64,000 nt of DNA from Gammaproteobacteria bacterium (GTDB taxonomy: Bacteria; Pseudomonadota; Gammaproteobacteria; Eutrophobiales; Eutrophobiaceae). This document shows, in pieces, positions 1-10,458 of this stretch (position 1 is the first letter of the stretch; every line of letters begins with the position of its first letter). A program made the position numbers and the translations under genes. The notes beneath the pieces were generated by a model. The model ran no database searches, had not been told where the DNA came from, and was given only the letters and a program-made list of their open reading frames with translations. The stretch covers positions 181,565-245,564 of the forward strand of contig OZ241847.1 in assembly GCA_965202915.1 (NCBI GenBank), written 5' to 3'.

Positions 1-116
1 TCGGAGCCGCTGAATGAGAGGGTGATCTGCTCAAACTCTTCCACCGCAAGTTTGATCAGCTCAGATGGGTGGTTGCGGTCGTGATCCCGGGCCAACTGCT
101 CAATGTCCATATTCAT
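1..116 (-). CDS. 5' end of a gene that runs off the window; the N-terminus resembles an assimilatory APS/PAPS reductase (CysH-like)
   Basis: Hand translation of the minus strand from ATG at 116 gives MNMDIEQLARDHDRNHPSELIKLAVEEFEQITLSFSGS. The ...SFSG(A/S)E region is typical of APS reductase N-termini. Only 38 codons are visible. Confidence 0.3.
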   Translation of the reverse strand, partial: MNMDIEQLARDHDRNHPSELIKLAVEEFEQITLSFSGS

Positions 117-310
117 GTGCTATGCTAATGGTAATAACGTGCCAAACAGGTTAAGGGAAATTGGACGTGTTATTAAAATGTGCTTGTCTCTAAGGTTACA
201 GTCCGGTTATTGACTTTAGGCAAATAAAGGAATAATTATCTTTCCATATAGAGTAAAGTATAAGCGATGTGTTGCATCGATGCAATGTGATTAGCCAAAC
301 GGAGCAAATT

Positions 311-619
311 ATGACAGATGAAGGCACAGAAGTAAAAACCATGTGGTCCGAGAGTTTGTTGGAAGGTCTCTACGATGCGCTCAAAAAGCAAAAGGGAGAC
401 AAAGTATTGATTGGTATCATCAGGGAACTGAAAGCCAAAGGTTATGAAAGCCGTTATCTTATCGATAAGGTGAGCAAAAAAGTCGGCCCCAAAGCGGGGG
501 ATCGTATGCGGGAATTATTGTCGCGGGGCGCCAAAAAAGCGGCGAGTCGGCGAAAACGCAGCAATCAGCCCGCACAACAAGGCCTGCTCGCCAGGATAAT
601 GGCGATGTTTAAGCGCTAA
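311..619 (+). CDS. Small basic hypothetical protein (about 102 aa)
   Basis: ORF track 269..619. An internal ATG at 311 is preceded by GGAG (301-304). The C-terminus is Lys/Arg-rich. No recognisable family. Confidence 0.45.
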   Translation: MTDEGTEVKTMWSESLLEGLYDALKKQKGDKVLIGIIRELKAKGYESRYLIDKVSKKVGPKAGDRMRELLSRGAKKAASRRKRSNQPAQQGLLARIMAMFKR

Positions 620-1464
620 CCGCCATGGGCCGGCAGGTATTTGGCGGCAATATATGAGCCGTGTGAGGATAAATCGGTCAGCTTAATGCGATTATCCGCG
701 TCAATATCGATAATAAGATGCAGGCGTGACACGTCTATCAGGGTATGATCTATGATCACATTGCTGTCTCGATCCCGTCCGATAATATTTTTACCCGGCC
801 TGAGTCGATGCTTGCCGCCGGCCGGATCGGTAAATGTAATCGCGTGACCACCTCTCAGTTTGCATTTGTGTGCGGATAAAAACAGTCTGATCGCCTGGTT
901 TCGGTTTATCGCAAGTGGTACGGTTTCGCCCTTGGGCATGCGTTCCATTTGATTGTCATCATCTGTTTCGAAATCGGACAGGGACACGTCGTCGTCATCC
1001 AGATCGGCGGTATTGTTTTGGTGTTTTCTCTTTTCCGAATAAAGACACTTTATCATTGCCTGCATAGAAGCAAGGTATTGCGTATATTTAACCAGGGCAA
1101 TACGCCTAAACCGGTCATCCGCCTGATCACTGTTGCGTAAAGCGGCAATAATGGTCCGCCATTTGTGGTCACGGGAAAATGCCAGTGTGTCCAGTTCATC
1201 AATGGCACGCTTGATACTGCCGGTTTGTTCCATGGTTTGGTAAAGTATTTTGGCGAAGCGGGTTTCAATGTTCTTGATCGTTCTTGCCTTTTGCTTTAAT
1301 TCAGTGGTGGATAATTGGGCCATTTCGATGATTCTTTTTGCCGGAATCGTGGTTCTGCCCGCAAGGCAGAATTCAAGATCCTCCGGGGAGTAGAAAGTCA
1401 GGTACTTGCTCCCGATGGCAATTTCGACGGGCCGGATGGCAGTATTGTGTAACGAGGTTATCAA
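616..1464 (-). CDS. FHA-domain protein
   Basis: The C-terminal segment NIIGRDRDSNVIIDHTLIDVSRLHLIIDIDADNRIKLTDLSSHGSYI fits the FHA pattern (G-R ... S-R-x-H ... S-x-N/H-G). There is an acidic linker, and the N-terminal domain is unassigned. Confidence 0.75.
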   Translation of the reverse strand: MITSLHNTAIRPVEIAIGSKYLTFYSPEDLEFCLAGRTTIPAKRIIEMAQLSTTELKQKARTIKNIETRFAKILYQTMEQTGSIKRAIDELDTLAFSRDHKWRTIIAALRNSDQADDRFRRIALVKYTQYLASMQAMIKCLYSEKRKHQNNTADLDDDDVSLSDFETDDDNQMERMPKGETVPLAINRNQAIRLFLSAHKCKLRGGHAITFTDPAGGKHRLRPGKNIIGRDRDSNVIIDHTLIDVSRLHLIIDIDADNRIKLTDLSSHGSYIAAKYLPAHGG

Positions 1465-1714
1465 AATTAATCCAGTATTGATATTGCAGATAATGCAATT
1501 TTATACATTGTTCACTTGTATAGAGTATAGGATAAGCGGGAAAAAAAACACAAAAAAATGGAATAAGTATAGTTAATATGCCACCACGCTTGATAGTTAC
1601 CAGCCTGATGAAGGCGATTATATATGGTGATCTGCAAATGATCGTTTGCCAAGATATATGGGTATTGTGCATGCCGATCGATAGATCGGTTACGCACGGC
1701 ACTGCCTGTGCAGT

Positions 1715-2806
1715 TCAACGCGTTCGAGTGCTTTGAATGGTTAAATTTTTGACCAGGCTTAACTGCCATATTCTTTCAGCCCTTGAACCCAAAAACCAAA
1801 AGCTCAAAGCCAGTATCGCAAACAATACGGCTTTATGAGTGCCGTCCCAAAAATGTTCGAAGAATCTTGTATAGAGGTTAATAAAGATAAAAGTTAAACC
1901 AAATCCTCTGGTCATCCCATCATCATATTTTACTCCATGTAAAATGCTTATAATTGAGGCAACCCCAAACAGTATGGACCAATGAAATAATTCAATTTGT
2001 TTTACCTTTTCCCAGGCGTTAAGATCGCCATAATTTCCAAAAATGGACATTATCCAAAGAGAAATAAACAGGTAAAGCAAGCCTATCACTCTTGTCGGCC
2101 TTAAAAATTCCTCTCTACTCTGCCATTGATTAAACAAATATGAGCCAATCAAAATAACAACGAGACCAAACAGCATAAACCTTAATGGATAATTCATGCC
2201 AAGATAATACGCCCCCCAACCCGAAGCATAGCCGGTTTCCGCTCCAAACCAGCTACCCAGGGATAGCAGAGAGAATACCCAGATAAGTTTAGACGGAACC
2301 CAAAGACCTAATAAACCGTAAATAATTGCAGCGAGTAGTAATAAGAGAGAGAAATGACCTGAGCCGGTGTCCACCGCCTTACCCAAAAACGCAATAGCCA
2401 CCGCGGTCGCTGCCACACCCAATAACAATATTGCCTCATTGCTATAAATTTTCGCGGGAAATCTGTCTTTTCTTCTTATCCCAAGGAAATACAGGGAACT
2501 GGAAAGTATGGCGAAAATAATACACTTTACCGCGTCAGGGGCGTTAAATAATTTCTTGAATAATTCAAGGAACCATTTATCCATAAGCACAGATGCTATG
2601 GAAATAACAATACAGGCAATGGCCAGCCAGAAAGAATATTTTGCAACACGTTTCCAATCAAATTCAATCACTTCATAGGATTTTTCAAGTTTTTGCGATT
2701 CCTGTTCAGTAATCACCCCGGTTTCACGCCAAATCTGAATGGTTTCCCCAAGCACTTTTCCTTGCTTTTTAGACACTTTTATCATGTTATGAATGTCGAT
2801 AGTCAA
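1715..2806 (-). CDS. Polytopic inner-membrane protein of unknown function
   Basis: 363-aa ORF with about 9-10 hydrophobic helices after a soluble N-terminal ~55 aa. No catalytic motif recognised. Confidence 0.65.
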   Translation of the reverse strand: MTIDIHNMIKVSKKQGKVLGETIQIWRETGVITEQESQKLEKSYEVIEFDWKRVAKYSFWLAIACIVISIASVLMDKWFLELFKKLFNAPDAVKCIIFAILSSSLYFLGIRRKDRFPAKIYSNEAILLLGVAATAVAIAFLGKAVDTGSGHFSLLLLLAAIIYGLLGLWVPSKLIWVFSLLSLGSWFGAETGYASGWGAYYLGMNYPLRFMLFGLVVILIGSYLFNQWQSREEFLRPTRVIGLLYLFISLWIMSIFGNYGDLNAWEKVKQIELFHWSILFGVASIISILHGVKYDDGMTRGFGLTFIFINLYTRFFEHFWDGTHKAVLFAILALSFWFLGSRAERIWQLSLVKNLTIQSTRTR

Positions 2807-3015
2807 TTTATAATATTTAAATATATCTTACCCGTGCTCACGCAAATCCTACCATATTACGGCAAAAGACTGTTGAAAATCCGTCCTCAAGGCATTTCCG
2901 GCCCTGGCAATATAGAGCCCGCCGTTTTTCACCCTGGGGTTACCGGGGAGACAATTTTCCTGTATGGTAAGCGGGGTGCCAGGATAAAATAACAGTATTT
3001 GCCTCGGAGAAGATA

Positions 3016-4938
3016 ATGAATGACCATATTCGCACGCCCCTGTTAGACCGGATCAATTCACCGGCCGACGTGCGCCTGTTATCCGAAAGCCAGCTTGAGA
3101 TACTGGTCGATGAATTGCGCTTGTTTTTATTACATTCAGTGAGTAAGAGCGGCGGTCATTTTGCCGCCAGCATGGGTGTTGCCGAGTTGACGGTGGCCTT
3201 GCATTATCTTTATAACACCCCTGAAGACCGCCTGGTCTGGGACGTCGGCCATCAAGCATACATACACAAGATTCTATGCGGACGAAAAGACCGGCTGGGT
3301 TCCATACGCAAATGGGCCGGACTGGCGCCGTTCCCCAAGCGCGAGGAAAGCGAATACGATACCTTTGGCGTGGGTCACTCAAGCACCTCCATCAGTGCGG
3401 CACTGGGCATGGCGATTGCGGCCAGGCAAACCGGCGGTAAGCGTAAAGTCGTCGCCATTATTGGCGATGGTGGCATGACGGCCGGTATGGCCTTTGAGGC
3501 ATTAAACCACGCGGGCGATTTACGCAACGATTTGCTGGTGATCTTAAATGACAACAATATGTCGATATCACCGAACGTCGGTGCCTTGGCGGGCCGTTTT
3601 GCCAAATTGATTTCCAGCAGGCTTTACTCGACCGTGCGTGAAGGCGGTAAAAAAGTATTGGCCGGCATTCCCAACGCATTGGAAATTGCCAAGCGCACCG
3701 AAGAACACGTAAAGGGTTTGATCGTTCCCGGCACCTTATTTGAAGAATTTGGTTTTAATTATATCGGGCCGGTAGATGGTCATGATTTACCTTCCCTGTT
3801 GACGGCGTTAAAGAATATCAAACGGCTGGAAGGCCCGCAGTTTTTACATATCATTACCCAGAAGGGCAAAGGTTACCCGCTGGCCGAAGAAGATCCGATT
3901 AAATATCATGGGGTGACGCCTTTCGACCCGGGGCGGGGGATTGTTGCCTCCGGGAAACAGGCATCGAGCCCGACCTATAGCAAGGTATTTGGTGACTGGG
4001 TTTGCGATATGGCGGCGCGGGATGAACGTCTGGTTGCGATTACCCCGGCGATGCGGGAAGGTTCCGGCTTGGTGCGCTTTGAACGGGAATATCCCAGGCG
4101 TTATTTTGACGTTGCGATTGCCGAGCAGCATAGTGTGACGGTGGCGGCGGGCATGGCCTGTGAGGGATTAAAGCCGGTGGTGGCCATTTATTCCACCTTT
4201 TTGCAGCGTGCCTATGATCAACTGGTGCATGACGTGATTGTGCAAAGACTGCCGGTCTTATTTGCCATCGATAGAGCCGGTTTGGTCGGCGCCGATGGGC
4301 CGACCCATAATGGCAGCTATGACCTCAGCTTCATGCGCTGCCTGCCCGATATAGTGATCATGGTTCCGGCTGATGAAAACGAATGCCGGCAGATGCTGTA
4401 TACCGGATTTCAGCTCGATCAACCGGCCTCGGTGCGCTATCCGCGTGGTACCGGTCCGGGCGCGGCAATACAGCAAGACATGGTGCCGGTGCCGATAGGC
4501 AAGGCGGTGACTAAAAGGCCGGGGCAAGGCATCGCGATATTGGCGTTTGGCGCGATGCTTGAGGTCGCGTTGGAGGTTGGCGAAGTTATCGATGCGACGG
4601 TGGTGAATATGCGTTTTGTTAAACCCATCGATGAGGACCTGATTCTGCAAATGGCGGCCAGTCATGAGTTGTTGGTGACCATAGAGGAAAACGTGGTTGC
4701 GGGCGGTGCCGGTAGCGCCGTTGGCGAGGTGCTGGCCGGACATAATATTGCTCGGTCGGTGATTCATTACGGCTTGCCGGATAGATTGATACAACATGGT
4801 TCCCGTGAAGACATGCTGAATGACGCCGGTTTGAATCAAGCCGGATTGCTGGCATTTATTCGGTGGCATCGTGAGCAACAACCGGGCCGGAACGCGCAGA
4901 CCAATACCGCTTGCGACAAGGTTGGCGGCGGCGCTTAG
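3016..4938 (+). CDS. dxs: 1-deoxy-D-xylulose-5-phosphate synthase
   Basis: 640 aa with a full-length Dxs signature: N-terminal [34 protein letters not shown], and the TPP motif [26 protein letters not shown] at 3006-3010. Confidence 0.97.
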   Translation: MNDHIRTPLLDRINSPADVRLLSESQLEILVDELRLFLLHSVSKSGGHFAASMGVAELTVALHYLYNTPEDRLVWDVGHQAYIHKILCGRKDRLGSIRKWAGLAPFPKREESEYDTFGVGHSSTSISAALGMAIAARQTGGKRKVVAIIGDGGMTAGMAFEALNHAGDLRNDLLVILNDNNMSISPNVGALAGRFAKLISSRLYSTVREGGKKVLAGIPNALEIAKRTEEHVKGLIVPGTLFEEFGFNYIGPVDGHDLPSLLTALKNIKRLEGPQFLHIITQKGKGYPLAEEDPIKYHGVTPFDPGRGIVASGKQASSPTYSKVFGDWVCDMAARDERLVAITPAMREGSGLVRFEREYPRRYFDVAIAEQHSVTVAAGMACEGLKPVVAIYSTFLQRAYDQLVHDVIVQRLPVLFAIDRAGLVGADGPTHNGSYDLSFMRCLPDIVIMVPADENECRQMLYTGFQLDQPASVRYPRGTGPGAAIQQDMVPVPIGKAVTKRPGQGIAILAFGAMLEVALEVGEVIDATVVNMRFVKPIDEDLILQMAASHELLVTIEENVVAGGAGSAVGEVLAGHNIARSVIHYGLPDRLIQHGSREDMLNDAGLNQAGLLAFIRWHREQQPGRNAQTNTACDKVGGGA

Positions 4939-6038
4939 CCCGGTTTTATTTCTTTCACCAGGGTGGCCATCACTGCAATCAGCCGGTCAATATCCTGCTC
5001 GGCAAGGTCGCCCATGCAGGCAATTCGGAACAGGGGCGGCAAGGGGCCGCGTTGGCGGGTATAGATCACCAGACCATGTTGTTTCAATCGGTCATGCAGG
5101 GTCGTATAACTCAGCCCTTGGGGCAGATGAAATGCATTAACCACGCAGGAGCATTTTTGTCGTTCCATCAATGGCCGGATACCAAGCCGCTCAAAGCCAT
5201 CACGCACGCTATTCATTTTGCGCCAGTAATCCTTATTGCGGTTTTGCCAGCCGCCCGCTTGTTTTAATTCATCCAATGCCTCGGATAATGCATAAAAGGC
5301 ATGCACCGATTGAGTGAACGGTACGCCCTCGGCGTCCTGAGTCCGCAGATAGTTGCCAAGATCCAGATACAGTGTTCGCGCCGGGGTGCCCGCCATCGCC
5401 GCCATCGCCCGCCGGTTCGCTATCACAAACGATATCCCCGGTGCCCCATGTATGCATTTGCCGGCGGCGGCGGCGCAGGCGACAACATTCCATTCCTTGA
5501 ATCTAATCGCTTCGGCACCAAAACTGCTGACCCCGTCCAGCAGGATGGATGCATTAAACCGCCGGCATAATTCGGCAATCGCCCGCAGATCATTTAAACG
5601 GCCGGTCGTGGTCTCATGGTGGACCAGCGCCACGTGGGTTATTTCCCTGTGATATTGCAATTCACCTTCGATTTGGCTCAGGTCCAGATCGGCCCCCCAT
5701 TGATGGTGAACGCTGAGATGATCGATATTATGAATCCCGGCTATTTTGGATAAACGCTCACCATAGGCGCCGTTCTCTATGATCATGACCTTGCCGTGAG
5801 CGGGGACAAAACTGGTCATCATCGCTTCCACCGCCGCAGTACCGGAAGCGGTCATTAAAATCCCGGCCCATCGGCTTGCGGGGAGCTGATAAAGATCAAG
5901 CAAATCCCGCCTGATTTTATTTTGCAGGCGGATAAACTCCGGTTCCTTATGACAGATATCCGGGCCGAGCATGGCATTGCGCACCCGTTGGCTCAGCACC
6001 ACCGGGCCGGGATTGAACAGTATCTGCTTAGTCATCAA
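4935..6038 (-). CDS. Class V aminotransferase, PhnW-like (2-aminoethylphosphonate:pyruvate transaminase family)
   Basis: LFNPGPV N-terminus, [12 protein letters not shown], and the PLP-lysine region [17 protein letters not shown] are colinear with PhnW/AGXT-family enzymes. Its 3' end overlaps dxs by 4 nt. Confidence 0.7.
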   Translation of the reverse strand: MMTKQILFNPGPVVLSQRVRNAMLGPDICHKEPEFIRLQNKIRRDLLDLYQLPASRWAGILMTASGTAAVEAMMTSFVPAHGKVMIIENGAYGERLSKIAGIHNIDHLSVHHQWGADLDLSQIEGELQYHREITHVALVHHETTTGRLNDLRAIAELCRRFNASILLDGVSSFGAEAIRFKEWNVVACAAAAGKCIHGAPGISFVIANRRAMAAMAGTPARTLYLDLGNYLRTQDAEGVPFTQSVHAFYALSEALDELKQAGGWQNRNKDYWRKMNSVRDGFERLGIRPLMERQKCSCVVNAFHLPQGLSYTTLHDRLKQHGLVIYTRQRGPLPPLFRIACMGDLAEQDIDRLIAVMATLVKEIKPG

Positions 6039-6089
6039 CCTTATTAATTAGAGTAACCATTATAATGAAATTGCTTTAATATACGTATT

Positions 6090-7382
6090 ATGTTGATCCC
6101 GAAAAAACTTGGCAAATACGAAATCAAAGAGCAAATAGGCGAAGGCGGCACGGGGATGGTCTATATTGGCCACGATCCGTATAATAATTCCGACGTGGCC
6201 GTCAAGGTGGCCCTATCGGATTTATTGAAAGAAACCGACGCCGATGGTTCTCATCGAGACCTGTTCTTTAATGAGGCCCATGCCGCCGGGATGTTGCAAC
6301 ACCCCAATATTTTACAGGTATTTGACGCCGGTATTGATAATGACGTTTGTTATATTGTGATGGAATTGGTTGCGGGTGCAAACACTCTAAAAACATACTG
6401 TGCTCCTGAAAATTTATTGTCCTACGAACAGGTTGTCGAGATCATTTTTCAATGTGCCAAGGCTTTGGATTATGCCCACTGCAAGGGTGTGGTTCATCGC
6501 GATATCAAACCGCTCAATATTCTTATCACCGATGATATGCAGGTCAAGATTGGAGATTTCGGAATTGCCCACGTGCTGACTCCGGGTGCCGATAAGTCTG
6601 TGATCACCGGCATCGTCGGTTCACCGCTTTATATGTCCCCGGAACAGGCGCGCGGGACTCCCCCCACCGCCCAGACCGATCTCTTTTCCCTGGGCATAGT
6701 CATGTATGAAATGCTGACCGGGAAACATCCATTTTCCGCCGGCAAGTTACCGGAATTGATCCATAAAATACTTCATCAAAGTCCCCCGCCATTGCGTGCC
6801 TGCCGGCCCGACGTGCCGAACATACTGATAAAAATTATTCGTCGCGCCCTGCAAAAAGACCCGAATAAGAGGTACAAAACAGGAGGCGATATCGCCTCCG
6901 ATTTGAGTCTTGCCTTTGATTTTCTGCGGACCTTAGCGAAAGATTTGGGGGCGCAGGAAAAATTCAATATCATTGAGTCTCTGGATTTTTTCACTGATTT
7001 TGAAGAGTCGGAGATCTGGGAAATTATCCATGCCTGTATCTGGCAGGAATTTAAGGCCGACGAGGACGTCCTCAGGGAGGGTGAAATTGATGATTCATTA
7101 TTTATTATTATTTCCGGTACCATAGGGGTTTATAAAGGAAAATCATTGATCACGACCTTATCCAAGGGTGCTTGTTTTGGTGAAATGGGCTATTTGGTTA
7201 AAACCAAACGAACCGCGACGGTCATCGCCCAAGACGACGTGAGCTTAATCAAACTCAAGGGGGCGGTACTGGACCAATTGTCGCCCGCGTGCCAATTGCG
7301 TTTTAGTAAGACCTTTATTAGAGAATTGGTGAGACGGGTTTCTGAGACAACTGAAAAATATATTTCCAAGGGGCGGGCTTAG
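6090..7382 (+). CDS. Ser/Thr protein kinase fused to a C-terminal cyclic-nucleotide-binding domain
   Basis: Hanks kinase motifs are present: GEGGTGMVY, VAVK, HRDIKPLNIL, DFG, SPEQ. The C-terminal ~120 aa carry the cNMP-binding signature FGEMGYL...RTATV. Confidence 0.9.
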   Translation: MLIPKKLGKYEIKEQIGEGGTGMVYIGHDPYNNSDVAVKVALSDLLKETDADGSHRDLFFNEAHAAGMLQHPNILQVFDAGIDNDVCYIVMELVAGANTLKTYCAPENLLSYEQVVEIIFQCAKALDYAHCKGVVHRDIKPLNILITDDMQVKIGDFGIAHVLTPGADKSVITGIVGSPLYMSPEQARGTPPTAQTDLFSLGIVMYEMLTGKHPFSAGKLPELIHKILHQSPPPLRACRPDVPNILIKIIRRALQKDPNKRYKTGGDIASDLSLAFDFLRTLAKDLGAQEKFNIIESLDFFTDFEESEIWEIIHACIWQEFKADEDVLREGEIDDSLFIIISGTIGVYKGKSLITTLSKGACFGEMGYLVKTKRTATVIAQDDVSLIKLKGAVLDQLSPACQLRFSKTFIRELVRRVSETTEKYISKGRA

Positions 7383-8944
7383 CCGTTTTCATCCTTATAG
7401 CGGCGCAATAATTTTGCCGTGGATGAATCAAAATTATTAATCGGCAGGTTACCGGTGATCGTCGTCACAATATCCGCCGCTATTTCTTTACCGAGTTCCA
7501 CTCCCCACTGGTCGAATGGATTGATATCCCACAGTATCCCCTGCACAAAGGTGCGATGTTCAAACAGTGCCAGCAGACTTCCCAGGTTTGCCGGCGTTAA
7601 TTTTTGGTAGCAAATCATCGTACTCGGCCTGTTGCCGGGCGTTGATTTATAGGCATAATTGCCGGTTTTTCCCCGCATCAATGCCCGTGCCTGGGCAAGG
7701 CAGTTTGATATTAACAACTGATGATGCCGCCGATTGCCATATTGTTTTAGCGGCAGCAGAAAATCCACCGGAATAATATGCGATCCCTGATGTAATAACT
7801 GAAAGAAAGAGTGTTGCGCATTGGTGCCGGTTGCGCCCCAGACAACCGGTGCGGTGGCCTCAGCCCGGGTGCCGGCGGCGGTGGAGGTTTTGCCGTTGCT
7901 TTCCATGATCAATTGCGACAGGTACGCGGGCAACAGAGACAGGGACTGGTCATAGGGGATAAATGCATGGCTGCCGGCATGAAAAAAATTGACGTACCAG
8001 AAATCCAATAAGGCCAGGATCAAGGGCGCATTATCATACATCGGAGTTTCCCTGAAATGTCGATCCATTGTTTCCGCCCCGGCCAGCAGGGCCAGAAAAT
8101 TTTCATGGCCGATGGCGATCGCAATGGGGAGTCCGGTGGCCGACCAGAGTGAGTAGCGCCCGCCAACCCAGTCCCATATTTTAAATATATTATTTTTGTG
8201 CACGCCAAAATTGATTGCCTTATCAGCACGTGCGGTCACCGCGGCAAAATGTTTTTTGGTATCGGTGCAGCCCTTGTGTTCCAGCCAGGATTTTATCGTT
8301 ATCGCATTTTGCAGTGTCTCAACGGTTGAAAAGGATTTTGAAGCAATAATAAACAAAGTCGTTTGCGGGTCTATCCTGTTAAACAGCCTCTCCAATGGGG
8401 TTGGATCGACGTTGTATAGAAATAAAACCTCAATGCCGGATCGTTGATAATTTTGCAGGGCCCGGACTGCCAGTCGCGGCCCCAGATCGGAACCGCCGAT
8501 GCCAACGTTGACCACGGTATTTATCGGCTTGCCCGAATAACCCGTTGTTTCACCGCGGTTGAGTGCGGCGACAAATAAGCCTATCTTTTCAAGCTCGGTG
8601 TTGACCTCGGTGAATACATTCTGCTTGTTTATTCTCAAACCGGTATCGCTGGAAGTTCTCAGGGCGGTATGCAGTGCCGGCCTGTTTTCAGTGGAATTAA
8701 GCCTGTCACCGGCAAACAGACCGCGTATTTTTGCATCGATATTCTTTGCATCGGCATAATTCAGCAGTAATTCCAGGGTTTTTTTGGTGATTCTGTTTTT
8801 TGAGAAATCGATATAAAGGCCACCCAGATCGATACTGAAATCATCCGCCCGTCCGGGATCATCATTAAACAAATCGCGCAGATGCAGCGGGCTGATCCGC
8901 TGGTAATGATCTTGCAGCGCGCGCAGCGCATTTTCACCGTTCAT
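7379..8944 (-). CDS. pgi: Glucose-6-phosphate isomerase
   Basis: 521 aa. Contains IGIGGSDLGP, SKSFSTVET and the C-terminal DQWGVELGK motifs typical of PGI. Confidence 0.95.
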   Translation of the reverse strand: MNGENALRALQDHYQRISPLHLRDLFNDDPGRADDFSIDLGGLYIDFSKNRITKKTLELLLNYADAKNIDAKIRGLFAGDRLNSTENRPALHTALRTSSDTGLRINKQNVFTEVNTELEKIGLFVAALNRGETTGYSGKPINTVVNVGIGGSDLGPRLAVRALQNYQRSGIEVLFLYNVDPTPLERLFNRIDPQTTLFIIASKSFSTVETLQNAITIKSWLEHKGCTDTKKHFAAVTARADKAINFGVHKNNIFKIWDWVGGRYSLWSATGLPIAIAIGHENFLALLAGAETMDRHFRETPMYDNAPLILALLDFWYVNFFHAGSHAFIPYDQSLSLLPAYLSQLIMESNGKTSTAAGTRAEATAPVVWGATGTNAQHSFFQLLHQGSHIIPVDFLLPLKQYGNRRHHQLLISNCLAQARALMRGKTGNYAYKSTPGNRPSTMICYQKLTPANLGSLLALFEHRTFVQGILWDINPFDQWGVELGKEIAADIVTTITGNLPINNFDSSTAKLLRRYKDENG

Positions 8945-8971
8945 AAAGGGCCCAGGTCGCCGGCAAACGTC

Positions 8972-10036
8972 CTACCGTACGGATAGGGATTGCGCCCGTG
9001 CGACAAAATGCCGGTAAATCCGTACCAATTCTTCGGCAGTGAAACCGATGATGACGATCTCCTGCCCGGGATAGATCAAATCCGGGCTTTTTCCCATTTT
9101 CCCTTCACTGTAATTATAGACATAGGATTGAGAAGTTTTGCGGTCAATCAGCAAACCAAGAAATGAGCTGGAATGATCCCGCCGCACTTCATCGGCGTTG
9201 GCCGGGATCTCCACCTGGTAATGCTCAATATCTTCCCCCCGTCGCACGGCAATGCCGGCGGCGAAATTAGTTACCAGGCCATCATGGACTATGCCCCAGA
9301 GCCCCTGGACGTCGTCTGCGCCAACGTGTCTGACGTAATAAATACCGTCATCCCGTGCCGGTCTTTGGCCCATGAGTAATTCATCCACCGTCGCCGTTGC
9401 CAGGCGCCGGGGTTGTTTGATGATCCTGATGGTCTCATTTTGATCCAGCTCAGGATCGTCCAGTAGCGCGCGCTTGGTGGTCAGTTCATAATGCTCAACC
9501 CTGCTGATAACGGCCAGCCGGTGTTCCAGATTGGGCCGATATCCGGCCACCAATTCCGACAACGGCAGCTCGATGGTTTGATCATTTTCAAATAGCGTTA
9601 TCCTGGTATTCAGATCGCCCCTGGCCCGTTCGATTAATGACGCTATCGAAACCATCTCAATTTGCCGTTGTTCGCGTACCAGGGTGATCGGATCGTCGAA
9701 CGCCAGGGAGTCGTCGGCCGCCAATTCGGCAATGCTGATTGATACAGGTTCATGGCCCTTATCGAGTGCCAGGCTCTGACTGCCGGATACGAAATCATCC
9801 GCTGATTGCACCGCTATCGGGTCATTGCTGTCGACCGTCAAATCCGATACATAATCCGCGGCTTGCCGTCGCAGGGCTTGATCATCGTTCTCGGTCGCGT
9901 CTGCGCCAGGGGGGCGGTCGGAAGACGGAACCACCGCCGGCTCGGTTTCCGCCGGCCGGTTCCAGTCGTGATCGATGGAGAGGTAGGCGACCGCGGCCGC
10001 CAGGATCATAAAGGCGATAATAATTATGCCGCGCAT
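8972..10036 (-). CDS. Membrane-anchored hypothetical protein with a possible split LysM-like C-terminus
   Basis: N-terminal TM helix IIIIAFMILAAAVAYL and an acidic middle region. The C-terminal YYVRHVGADDVQGLWGIV ... SPDLIYPGQEIVI resembles the two ends of a LysM motif. Confidence 0.5.
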   Translation of the reverse strand: MRGIIIIAFMILAAAVAYLSIDHDWNRPAETEPAVVPSSDRPPGADATENDDQALRRQAADYVSDLTVDSNDPIAVQSADDFVSGSQSLALDKGHEPVSISIAELAADDSLAFDDPITLVREQRQIEMVSIASLIERARGDLNTRITLFENDQTIELPLSELVAGYRPNLEHRLAVISRVEHYELTTKRALLDDPELDQNETIRIIKQPRRLATATVDELLMGQRPARDDGIYYVRHVGADDVQGLWGIVHDGLVTNFAAGIAVRRGEDIEHYQVEIPANADEVRRDHSSSFLGLLIDRKTSQSYVYNYSEGKMGKSPDLIYPGQEIVIIGFTAEELVRIYRHFVARAQSLSVR

Positions 10037-10458
10037 TCAGGCGGGCTCCGTGGGGTCATACCCCGGGGTTTTGCTGAGCATGGCCATTATTGCCCATTCC
10101 GACAATTCGTCTCGTCATTATAATCTCCCTGTTCGGCCACTGCTTTTTGCTTCCTCAATTTCGACACACCAATGATTATTGGATTATATAGTGCCGGTGT
10201 CGATTAAATCAACCGTATTGAGGGTTTTATCGCGGCGAAGTGAGGTGCCCCTGTGTCCGGGTGCGCGATGCGGAGTGAGGGTAAAACGTATTCCGTCGGG
10301 AGCAGGAATGGGCAGGTACTTTTTTGCTTAAATCGACTGGCCCTTACGGTTGGAAGGCCAGACGCGGTCTCATTTCTGAGGGCGGATATAAATACGGCGA
10401 TGAGAAATGAGCAAGCGCCCTTTCTCACCGCCGTAACCGATCACAAGTTAATCAGATA

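Noticed and set aside
10037-10458. A 420-nt gap between the LysM-like gene and the porin gene, with two overlapping 69-74 aa ORFs and several short hairpins. It could be a possible sRNA or riboswitch.
   Set aside because: The ORFs overlap each other on opposite strands and have no features. The hairpins are short (6 bp) and lack T-tracts. I could not identify any known RNA motif by eye. The region needs a covariance-model scan.
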